From an uncultured Actinomycetota bacterium (lineage in GTDB: Bacteria; Actinomycetota; Actinomycetes; Actinomycetales; Dermatophilaceae): a DNA stretch of 64,000 nucleotides. Below, piece after piece: positions 56,916-64,000 of the stretch (position 1 is its first letter; every line of letters begins with the position of its first letter). The notes below the pieces were generated by a model. That model ran no database searches, had not been told where the DNA came from, and saw only the letters and a list, made by a program, of their open reading frames with translations. Where the stretch lies: contig CAWFGY010000006.1 in NCBI GenBank assembly GCA_963815545.1, positions 115,348 through 179,347 on the forward strand, given 5' to 3'. Position numbers and translations under genes: made by a program.

Positions 56916-57539
56916 TCAGCGGACGGCGAGCCGGGCCACGATGTACAGGACCCCCAGCGGGTCGCTGGCCTCGAGCTCGGTGCACCGCGGTTCGCCCCGG
57001 CCGGCCATGGCCGCCGCCGCGACCTGGAGAGGGGCGCGACCGTGGGCGAGGAGGTCGGCGCACAGGCCGGGGTCGAGCGCGAGCAGGCGCTCGGGGTCGG
57101 CCGTGCGCAGCGCGGCGACGATCTCGTCGTCCAGCGCCGCGGCCCGGTCGTCGAGGTGCCCGGGCGCCTTCTCGCCCCGCCGGGCGCTGCCGTCGGCGAC
57201 GACGACGAGCGTGGCGGCGGGGCGCCGGGCCAGGTGCTCCCCGACCGCGCGGCACTCGTCGACGGTGGCGTCCCACGACACGGCGACGACGCCGTCGACG
57301 CCGACCCCGGCGAGCTCGCACAGGTGCCGGCCCACGCGCTGGCCGAGCGGGGGTCGGGTGCCGCGCTGCTCGCGGTCGGTCGCCACGACGAGGACAACCC
57401 GGTCGCTGCCGTCGGCGTCGGTGGCGGCGCGGATCGCCTCGACCGCGCGCTCCCGCAGGTCCGCGCCGACGTCCTGGCGGCCGGTGTACTCGGGCAGCAG
57501 CAGCGGCGCGCTCGGGACGATGACGACGGACCCGCTCAT
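56916..57539 (-). CDS. Conserved hypothetical protein
   Basis: 207 aa from MSGSVVIVPSAPLLLPEYTG. A 4-nt overlap with the folP-like gene. I recognise no family confidently. Confidence 0.5.
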   Translation of the reverse strand: MSGSVVIVPSAPLLLPEYTGRQDVGADLRERAVEAIRAATDADGSDRVVLVVATDREQRGTRPPLGQRVGRHLCELAGVGVDGVVAVSWDATVDECRAVGEHLARRPAATLVVVADGSARRGEKAPGHLDDRAAALDDEIVAALRTADPERLLALDPGLCADLLAHGRAPLQVAAAAMAGRGEPRCTELEASDPLGVLYIVARLAVR

Positions 57540-58411
57540 CCGAGGCCCCGGACGGTCCGGGCCGGCGGCAGGTCGCCGCTCACCGTCGAGACGAGGTCGA
57601 GCACCTCGCGGGTCTGCGGCACCTCGTGCACCCGGTAGATCTGAGCCCCGTGCCAGGCACACAGCGCCGTGGCGGCGAGCGTGCCGGTGAGCCGCTCCCC
57701 GACCGGCCGGTCGAGCGCCTCACCGACGAAGTCCTTGTTCGACAGCGACACGAGCACGGGCCAGCCGAGGCTCGTCAGCTCGTCGAGCCGGCGGGTCACC
57801 TCCAGCGAGTGCCAGGTGTTCTTGCCGAAGTCGTGTGCGGGGTCGATGACGACGCGCTCCGGCTCGACCCCGGCCCCGACGGCCCGCTCGGCCTGCCGCA
57901 GCAGCGAGTCGCGCGCGTCGGCGACCACGTCGTCGTACTCGATGCGGTGAGGTCGGGTGCGCGGTGTGACGCCACCGGTGTGGGTGCACACGAGGGTGGC
58001 CCCGAACTCCGCGGCCACGTCGGGCAGACCGGCGTCGACCCCGCCCCAGGCGTCGTTGATGACGTCGGCACCGACCTCGCAGACGGCCCGCGCGACCTCG
58101 CTGCGCCACGTGTCGACGCTGATGACGAGGTCGGGGTAGGCGTCGCGGACCCGCGCGACGAACCCGACGACCCGGCGCCTCTCCTCGTCGGTGTCGATCG
58201 GGGCCCCGGGCGCCGCCTTGATCCCGCCGATGTCGACGAGGTCGGCGCCCTCGTCGACCACCTGGTGGACCCGGTCCATCGCGGCGTCCTCGCCCCAGGT
58301 GAGGCCCTTGTCGTAGAACGAGTCCGGGGTGCGGTTGACGATGGCCATGACGAGACGCGCCGTGGGGGCGTACTCGCGGCGGCCCAGCCGCAGCGCCGCT
58401 CCGCGGCTCAT
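57536..58411 (-). CDS. folP: Dihydropteroate synthase family protein (FolP2-like by context)
   Basis: 291 aa. Contains MAIVNRTPDSFYD...GADLVDIGG...INDAWGG...DPAHDFGKN...LVSLSNKDF...RVHEV. Confidence 0.8.
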   Translation of the reverse strand: MSRGAALRLGRREYAPTARLVMAIVNRTPDSFYDKGLTWGEDAAMDRVHQVVDEGADLVDIGGIKAAPGAPIDTDEERRRVVGFVARVRDAYPDLVISVDTWRSEVARAVCEVGADVINDAWGGVDAGLPDVAAEFGATLVCTHTGGVTPRTRPHRIEYDDVVADARDSLLRQAERAVGAGVEPERVVIDPAHDFGKNTWHSLEVTRRLDELTSLGWPVLVSLSNKDFVGEALDRPVGERLTGTLAATALCAWHGAQIYRVHEVPQTREVLDLVSTVSGDLPPARTVRGLG

Positions 58412-59334
58412 CGGGCCGCTCCCGCGTAGCCCTCGACGCTCACGGCAGGAGGGCGCTCGGTGAGGTCGACGTGGCGGGGGTGCGGCGCGAAACCCGACCC
58501 GGTCCGGTCGTACTGGGTGAGGCGGGCGGTGTCGCGCGGTGTCGCGGAGCGGTCCAGCCGCGCCTCGACGGCGGCGATGACCTGTACGGCCATGGGCCCC
58601 AGGGTGTCGTGGCGGTGGTGCCGGTGTGCACGCCGGCCGAGGTCGACCTGGGCGATCGACGACGCCCCGAACGCGGTCGCCGTGTCGACGAGGGCGGCGA
58701 TCTCGACGCCGTAGCCGACCGGGACCCGGAACTGCTCGATGACCGAGCGGCGCACCGCCCACTCGCCGGCGAGCGGCTGGACGAGCCCGGCCAGGTGCGG
58801 ATGGTGCAGGGCGATGAGGGGCCGCGCGACGAGCTCGGTGACCCGGCCGCCCGTCTCGGCCTCGTGACCCTCGGCGTCGAGGAGGGGCCGGTCGTAGACG
58901 GCCTTGACGAGGGCGACGCCGGGGTCGGTGAGCAGCGGACCGAGCAGGCCGCTGACGAAATGGGGCCCCCACTCGATGAGGTCGGCATCGAGGAACGCGA
59001 GGACGTCGCCGGTGCTCACGTGCAGCGACTTCCACAGCGCCTCGCCCTTGCCGCGGGCCGGAGGCAGGCCGGGCAGCACGTCGCGGGCTGCGTACACCGT
59101 GGCCCCTGCGGCGCGGGCGACGTCGGCGGTCCGGTCGGTGGAGTCGGAGTCGATGACGATCAGCTCGTCGACGAGGGGGACGTCCTGGACCCAGGCCTGC
59201 CGGATCCCGGCGACGACGTCGCCCACCGTGTCCTCCTCGTCACGGGCCGGGACGACGACCGTGACCCGGGTCTCGCCCTTGGCGGCGAGCAGCACGTCGG
59301 CGGCCCAGTCGCCCGGCAGGGTCCGGACGGCCAT
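58408..59334 (-). CDS. gpgS: Glucosyl-3-phosphoglycerate synthase (GT81)
   Basis: 308 aa from MAVRTLPGDW. Contains VVVPARDEE...IVIDSDSTD...GKGEALW...FLDADL...PLAGEWAVRR...GYGVEIA. Confidence 0.8.
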   Translation of the reverse strand: MAVRTLPGDWAADVLLAAKGETRVTVVVPARDEEDTVGDVVAGIRQAWVQDVPLVDELIVIDSDSTDRTADVARAAGATVYAARDVLPGLPPARGKGEALWKSLHVSTGDVLAFLDADLIEWGPHFVSGLLGPLLTDPGVALVKAVYDRPLLDAEGHEAETGGRVTELVARPLIALHHPHLAGLVQPLAGEWAVRRSVIEQFRVPVGYGVEIAALVDTATAFGASSIAQVDLGRRAHRHHRHDTLGPMAVQVIAAVEARLDRSATPRDTARLTQYDRTGSGFAPHPRHVDLTERPPAVSVEGYAGAAR

Positions 59335-59831
59335 CAGGACTCGGCGGGGACCGGCCGACGGAACACCGCGAGCATTCCGAGGGCGGCGCCGACACCGCCC
59401 ACCGCGGCGACGGCGCCCCAGCCGATGCCGGAGAGCGGCAGGCCGAGAGCGGCATCGAGCGACCAGCCGCCGGGGCCGATGACGGCGAGCGCGACGGCGA
59501 CGATCGCCACGAGGACGACGTACTCCCAGCCACCCTTGAACACGAAGTACCCCTTGCCCCGATGGTCGGTGAGGGCAGCGACGGTCATGAGTCCGACGAA
59601 CGCCGTGGCCGCGAGCCCGGTGGCGAGGCCGAACGTCACGAGCAGTCCGGCGGCGATCTCGGTGCCGGCGGCGATCCGGGCGTGGAGCCACCCGGGGCGG
59701 AGACCGAGCGACTCGAACCAGCCCGCGGTACCGGTGAGCCCGCCGCCGCCCCACACCTTGTTGGCGCCGTGCAGCACGAGCATCGGGCCGAGGGCGAGCC
59801 GCACGAGCAACATCCCGAGGTCGAGGTCCAT
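59334..59831 (-). CDS. DoxX family membrane protein
   Basis: 165 aa from MDLDLGMLLVRLALGPMLVLHGANKV, 4 TM. Confidence 0.7.
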   Translation of the reverse strand: MDLDLGMLLVRLALGPMLVLHGANKVWGGGGLTGTAGWFESLGLRPGWLHARIAAGTEIAAGLLVTFGLATGLAATAFVGLMTVAALTDHRGKGYFVFKGGWEYVVLVAIVAVALAVIGPGGWSLDAALGLPLSGIGWGAVAAVGGVGAALGMLAVFRRPVPAES

Positions 59832-59943
59832 CCCACTCCGTTCGTCGAATCGGGCAGCCGGAGCCGACCGCCCGACCCACTCTAGGTCGCGGGTGGCGAC
59901 CCACCTCGCGGGCGGGGGCTTGTCGAACGTCGGGCCCGAGGCG

Positions 59944-60741
59944 ATGCTTGCCGCCATGCCCCAGGACACTGCCGCCCTCGCCGCCTCGTTCCTCGAGCTG
60001 CATCGGTCCCCGACGCTGCTCACGCTCGTCAACGTGTGGGACGTCGCCAGCGCCCGCGTCGTGGCGGAGACCCCCGGTACGGCGGCGCTGGCCACGGCGT
60101 CGCACTCGATCGCGGCCTCACTCGGCTACCCGGACGGCGAGCACATCCCCCTCGACGAGATGCTCGCGGCGATCGCCCGGATCGTGAACACCACCAGCCT
60201 GCCGGTGAGCGCCGACCTCGAGGCGGGCTACGGCGACCCCGCCGGGACGGTGCGGCGGGCGATCGACCTCGGCGTGGTCGGGGCCAACATCGAGGACGGC
60301 ATGGCCCCCCTGGCCGAGTCGGTGCGTGCCGTCGAGGGCGTCATGGCGGCGGCAGCGGACCTGGGCGTCCCCGACTTCGTCCTCAACGCCCGCACCGACG
60401 CCTTCGTGCGCCCCGAGGGCCGCTCTCCGGCCGAGTGCCTCGAGGAGGCCGTGACCCGCTGCCGTGCGTACCTCGACGCCGGGGCGCCCATCGTGTTCGT
60501 GCCCCGGGTCACCGAGCGGGCGGACATCGAGCGCCTCGTGGGCGAGCTCGGCCCCCAGCGACTCACCGTCATCGGCATCCCGGGCACCTTGCCGTTGCCC
60601 GAGCTCGAGGCGCTGGGCGTCGCGCGGGTCACCTACGGGCCGTGGTCGCAGCGGGTGGCCCTGACCGCGCTCCAGCAGCTCACCGAGCGCGCGCTCGCCG
60701 GGGACGGGGCGCTGCCCGAGGACACCCGCCCGCTCAACTGA
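59944..60741 (+). CDS. Isocitrate lyase/PEP mutase superfamily protein (2-methylisocitrate lyase / phosphorylmutase-like)
   Basis: Contains LVNVWDVASARV...VSADLEAGYGD...GANIEDG...NARTDA. An alternative start is at 59956. Confidence 0.75.
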   Translation: MLAAMPQDTAALAASFLELHRSPTLLTLVNVWDVASARVVAETPGTAALATASHSIAASLGYPDGEHIPLDEMLAAIARIVNTTSLPVSADLEAGYGDPAGTVRRAIDLGVVGANIEDGMAPLAESVRAVEGVMAAAADLGVPDFVLNARTDAFVRPEGRSPAECLEEAVTRCRAYLDAGAPIVFVPRVTERADIERLVGELGPQRLTVIGIPGTLPLPELEALGVARVTYGPWSQRVALTALQQLTERALAGDGALPEDTRPLN

Positions 60742-60836
60742 CCACGGCGCCGCGCGGGGGGCCGAGTCGCCGGCGCGATCCGGCGGCCGGCGGTGTCGGG
60801 CTTGCGGTGGGCGTCCTGACCCGAATGAATGGACCC

Positions 60837-61487
60837 ATGACGCAGCCGCCCGTCCGGGTCTTCCTCCTCGACGACCACGAGGTCGTCCGGCAGGGGCTGC
60901 GCACCCTGCTGGAGTCAGCCGGCGACATCGAGGTGGTCGGGGAGTCCGGGACCGCCGGAGAGGCGACAGCCCGCATCCCCGCGCTGCGCCCCGATGTCGC
61001 CGTCCTCGACGCGCGCCTGCCGGACGGGTCCGGGATCGAGGTGTGCCGCGCGATCCGGTCCGTGGACCCCAGCATCCGGGCACTCATCCTCACCTCCTAC
61101 GACGACGACGAGGCCCTGTTCGCGGCGATCATGGCCGGCGCCGCCGGCTACGTGCTCAAGGACGTCAAGGGCCTCGACCTCGTCGACTCGATACGCCGGG
61201 TGGCTGCGGGGCAGTCCCTCATCGACCCCGCGCTCGTGACCCGGGTCCTGGACCGGGTGCGGAACGGCCAGGAGACCGCCCCCGAGCTGGCGGGGCTCAC
61301 CCCACAGGAGCTGCGGCTGCTCGGCTACATCGCAGAAGGCCTCACCAACCGCCAGATCGGCGAGCAGATGTCGCTGGCCGAGAAGACGATCAAGAACTAC
61401 GTGTCGGTCCTGCTCCACAAGCTCGGCCTCGAGCGGCGCACCCAAGCAGCCGTGCTCGCCACCCGGCTGCTGGGTCCTGATCGATGA
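60837..61487 (+). CDS. devR: NarL/LuxR-family response regulator (DevR/DosR-like)
   Basis: Contains VRVFLLDDHEVVRQGL...DVAVLDARLPDGSG...LTPQELRLLGYIAEGLTNRQIGEQMSLAEKTIKNYVS. An alternative start is at 60825. A 4-nt overlap with the kinase gene. Confidence 0.75.
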   Translation: MTQPPVRVFLLDDHEVVRQGLRTLLESAGDIEVVGESGTAGEATARIPALRPDVAVLDARLPDGSGIEVCRAIRSVDPSIRALILTSYDDDEALFAAIMAGAAGYVLKDVKGLDLVDSIRRVAAGQSLIDPALVTRVLDRVRNGQETAPELAGLTPQELRLLGYIAEGLTNRQIGEQMSLAEKTIKNYVSVLLHKLGLERRTQAAVLATRLLGPDR

Positions 61488-63082
61488 CGGCGCCCGGCCC
61501 GGGTGACGCGAGGTTGCAGCGGCTCGTCGCCGCCAACGAGAGCATCGTCGCCGACCTCGACCTGCCCACGGTGCTCCGCCGCATCGTCGAGGCGGCCCTC
61601 GAGCTCATCGGCGCGAGGTACGGAGCCCTCGGCGTCGTCGCCCCCGACCGGCTCGGCCTCGAGCAGTTCGTCCACGTGGGCGTGGACGACGACGTCATCG
61701 ACCGGATCGGCCACCTCCCCGAGGGCAAGGGCCTGCTCGGGGCCCTCATCGAGGACCCCCACCCGATCCGCCTGCCCCACCTCGCCGGCGACCCGCGGTC
61801 GGTGGGCTTCCCTGCCGGCCACCCGCCGATGGACAGCTTCCTCGGCGTGCCCATCCGGGTCCGCGGCGAGGTGTACGGGAACCTCTACCTCACCGACTCC
61901 CGTGCGGGGCAGTTCGACGCCGAGGACGAGGCCATCGCCGTCTCCCTCGCGGCGACGGCCGGCATCGCCATCCACAACGCCCGGCTCTACACCGACAGCG
62001 GCCGACGGCAGCAGTGGCTGCTCGCGTCGTCCGACCTCACCCGCCGGGTCCTGGCCGACGCCTCCTCGGTCACCCCGGCGCTCGTCGCCCGGACGGTCCG
62101 CACCCTCGCGGGCAGCGTCGCCGTCGCCGTCCTCGAGGTCGCCTCCGCCGAGACGGCGACCGTCACCGCTGTCGCGGGCGATGTGGAGGGGTCCGCGGTG
62201 GGGGCCCACCTCCACCCCCCGGACGCCCTGCATCGCACGATCGCGACCGGGGACGCTCGCGCCGTGGACGTCTTCGAGGCGTCCCCTGGAACAGCCCTCC
62301 CGGTGGGCGGCCCGGCCATCCTGCTGCCACTGCTCGGCTCGCCCCCCACGGTCCTCGTCGCGCTCCGCGAGCCCGGTGCACGCCCCTTCACCGGCCCCGA
62401 GCTCGAGATGGCCTCGACGTTCGCCACCCAGGTGTCCGTGGCGCTCGAGCTCGCGCGGGCCCGGGAGGACCAGCAGCGGATGGCGCTGCTCGAGGACCGG
62501 GCACGCATCGCCCGCGACCTGCACGACCACGTGATCCAGCAGCTCTTCGCCGCCGGGATGTCGGTCCAGGGCATCGCCTCGACGATCGACGACCCCGACC
62601 GGTCGCGGGTGCTGGGGTCGGTCGTCGACACCCTCGACGAGGCGGTCCGCCAGGTCCGGACCTCGATCTTCCAGCTCCGCTCCGCCCGCCCCGATGCGCA
62701 CAGCCTCCGGTCGCTGGTCCTCGATGTCGCCCGCGAGGTCGCGGAGGCACTCGGGTTCGACCCCGACGTCTCGTTCGACGGCCCGGTCGACGCGGTCGGC
62801 ACGGGCGATCTGGGCGCTGACGTCGTCGCCGTGGTCCGAGAAGCGCTGACGAACGTGGCCCGGCACGCCGGCGCCGGCGCGGCGGTCGTCCGGCTGCGCG
62901 CGGACGCGGCCACGCTGTCGGTCGAGGTGGCCGACGACGGTCGGGGCGTCAGCGACCCGACCCGCCACAGTGGCCTGTCCAACCTCGAGGACCGTGCGCA
63001 GCGACGGGACGGCTCGTGCGTGGTCGGTGCGGGTCCCTCGGGCGTGGGGACTCTCCTCATCTGGTCGGTCCCGGTCGCCTGA
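61484..63082 (+). CDS. devS: Tandem-GAF sensor histidine kinase (DevS/DosT-like, probable heme sensor)
   Basis: GAF-A region GARYGALGVV...IGHLPEGKGLLGALIEDPHPIRL...GFPAGHPPMDSFLGVPIRVRGEVYGNLYLTD, including the His of the HPPM motif. HisKA_3 box RIARDLHDHVIQQLF, plus HATPase. Confidence 0.8.
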   Translation: MTAPGPGDARLQRLVAANESIVADLDLPTVLRRIVEAALELIGARYGALGVVAPDRLGLEQFVHVGVDDDVIDRIGHLPEGKGLLGALIEDPHPIRLPHLAGDPRSVGFPAGHPPMDSFLGVPIRVRGEVYGNLYLTDSRAGQFDAEDEAIAVSLAATAGIAIHNARLYTDSGRRQQWLLASSDLTRRVLADASSVTPALVARTVRTLAGSVAVAVLEVASAETATVTAVAGDVEGSAVGAHLHPPDALHRTIATGDARAVDVFEASPGTALPVGGPAILLPLLGSPPTVLVALREPGARPFTGPELEMASTFATQVSVALELARAREDQQRMALLEDRARIARDLHDHVIQQLFAAGMSVQGIASTIDDPDRSRVLGSVVDTLDEAVRQVRTSIFQLRSARPDAHSLRSLVLDVAREVAEALGFDPDVSFDGPVDAVGTGDLGADVVAVVREALTNVARHAGAGAAVVRLRADAATLSVEVADDGRGVSDPTRHSGLSNLEDRAQRRDGSCVVGAGPSGVGTLLIWSVPVA

Positions 63083-63120
63083 GCACGGCGGGGTCGAGCG
63101 GGAGAACCGGATCAGGACGC

Positions 63121-63134
63121 GGGTCCAAAGTCCC
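63121..63134. promoter_or_regulatory. DosR-box-like palindrome upstream of the USP gene
   Basis: GGGTCCAAAGTCCC versus the core of the mycobacterial consensus GGGACTWWAGTCCC. It lies 85 nt upstream of ATG 63219. Confidence 0.45.
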
Positions 63135-63218
63135 TGTGCCCGGACGGCCTCGGCCGTGAGGCTTGGAGGCACAGGGCCGGCCGATCCGGCGTCGGCCCCG
63201 GCCCGGAGGAGGCCCCCG

Positions 63219-64000
63219 ATGACCACGACGTCGGCCACACAGCACCGTACGGACACCACGCCCCGGACCGGCAGCCCGGTGGTCGTGGGGATCGACGGCA
63301 GCACGGCCAGCAACGCCGCCCTCGACTGGGCGGTGAGCGAGGCCGAAGCACTCGACCGTCCCCTCAAGCTGCTCCACGCGCACACCGTCCCCCTGCCGTG
63401 GCCGGAGTCCATGGCACCGGTCCCGGTACCCCCGGAGGCGGACGACCATGTCGTCGAGGACGGCCTCGCACGGGTCGGCCACGTGGTCGACGCCGTGGGC
63501 GTCACCGCGGCGAGCGTCGGCGGCAGCGCCGCAGGCTTCCTCGTCGAGGCCTCCGAGACGGCGGCCCTCGTCGTCGTCGGCGGGCCGAGCCACGGGGCCC
63601 TCGGCAGCGCCCTCGTGGGGTCGACGACGGTGGAGGTGGCGGCCCAGGCCCGCTGCCCGGTCGTCGTCATCCGCGACCGGCTGCCCGTCACGAGCCTGCG
63701 TCGTGGTGTCGTCGTCGGGTCCGATGGGTCCGAGGGCAGCCGCGCCGCCGTCGAGGAGGCCTTCCGCCGGGCCGCCCGGCTCGGCATGTCCCTCACCGTC
63801 GTCCATGTGTGGTCGGTGCAGTACGCGGGCGCGGACGTGCTCGTGCCGGACCTCGAGGTCGAGAGGCTGCGCGCCGGCGAGTACGGGCGGGCCCTCACCG
63901 CGGAGATGGTCGCCTCCATGGCGGAGCGGTACCCCGAGGTCGTCCTCCAGCAGGAGGTCGTGCACGGCGACCCCCGGCGGGCCCTCACCGACGTGTCCCG
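63219..64000 (+). CDS. Universal stress protein, tandem USP domains (3' end beyond window)
   Basis: My own translation from ATG 63219 (GGAGGAGG SD) gives MTTTSATQ...VVVGIDGSTASNAALDWAV...LVVVGGPSHGALGSALVGSTTVEVAAQARCPVVVIR...VVVGSDGSEGSRAAVEEAF. It is not in the ORF track because there is no stop in the window. Confidence 0.8.
   Translation, partial: MTTTSATQHRTDTTPRTGSPVVVGIDGSTASNAALDWAVSEAEALDRPLKLLHAHTVPLPWPESMAPVPVPPEADDHVVEDGLARVGHVVDAVGVTAASVGGSAAGFLVEASETAALVVVGGPSHGALGSALVGSTTVEVAAQARCPVVVIRDRLPVTSLRRGVVVGSDGSEGSRAAVEEAFRRAARLGMSLTVVHVWSVQYAGADVLVPDLEVERLRAGEYGRALTAEMVASMAERYPEVVLQQEVVHGDPRRALTDVS

Noticed and set aside
60806-60819. Second DosR box (GGGCGTCCTGACCC) upstream of the devR-like gene
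   Set aside because: Only the outer GGG/CCC and a few inner positions match the consensus. This is too weak to call without a scoring matrix.
61397-63988. 863-aa minus-strand ORF
   Set aside because: It is antisense to the DevS-like kinase and the USP gene, both of which have clear domain motifs. It has a shadow-ORF composition.

Overview
This is a very GC-rich, actinobacterial-type chromosomal segment. It is densely coding, with about 70 protein genes plus a tRNA-Glu/Asp/Phe cluster. I found no rRNA, no CRISPR array, no transposase, integrase or phage genes, and no recognisable defence system. Most long ORFs in the six-frame track are antisense shadow ORFs typical of high-GC DNA, so I ignored them.

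Main blocks, left to right:
- 1-860: a TerC gene (partial) behind a probable yybP-ykoY Mn2+ riboswitch.
- 1.1-11.3 kb: a divergent pair of tightly packed operons around a MerR/B12-binding (CarH/LitR-like) regulator. They carry photolyase, two cyclopropane-fatty-acid-synthase paralogs, an FAD oxidoreductase, DUF1365, DUF1295, an SRPBCC protein, an SDR and a CPBP protease. I read this as a light / singlet-oxygen response module with furan- or methyl-fatty-acid-type chemistry.
- 13-25 kb: housekeeping and accessory genes (guaB1, class V aminotransferase, PHP/GntR pair, tRNAs, DUF72, aldolase, methyltransferase, ATP-dependent DNA ligase, GNAT, HAD).
- 25.4-28.1 kb: a secreted metallophosphoesterase carrying three 576-bp tandem domain repeats. 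It is broken by two 1-nt insertions.
- 28.3-31.5 kb: an enoyl-CoA hydratase / CoA-transferase / F420-dependent G6P dehydrogenase operon.
- 31.7-48 kb: M23 peptidase, valine dehydrogenase, NCS1 permease, endonuclease I, purM, pntAB, a long acidic membrane-anchored protein, an acyl-CoA ligase and a PQQ sugar dehydrogenase.
- 48-52 kb: a CcdA/thioredoxin pair next to a two-component system.
- 52-60 kb: an alaA-like aminotransferase, a crcB pair, an ArsR operon and gpgS/folP2-like genes.
- 60.8-64 kb: a DevR/DevS-like (DosRS) two-component system with a USP gene preceded by a DosR-like box.

The least explained signals are non-coding:
- A 44-bp tandem repeat family (core CGTGACCTATTGGTCGATGTGGGGACG) is present as arrays at three loci, each just upstream of a minus-strand gene.
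- A family of long palindromic elements with a C-rich left flank and a G-rich right flank sits in the 5' regions of three plus-strand genes.
- There are also several isolated perfect inverted repeats.

I could not identify a clear novel multi-gene system. The repeat families and the B12-photoreceptor/fatty-acid cluster are the best candidates for follow-up.
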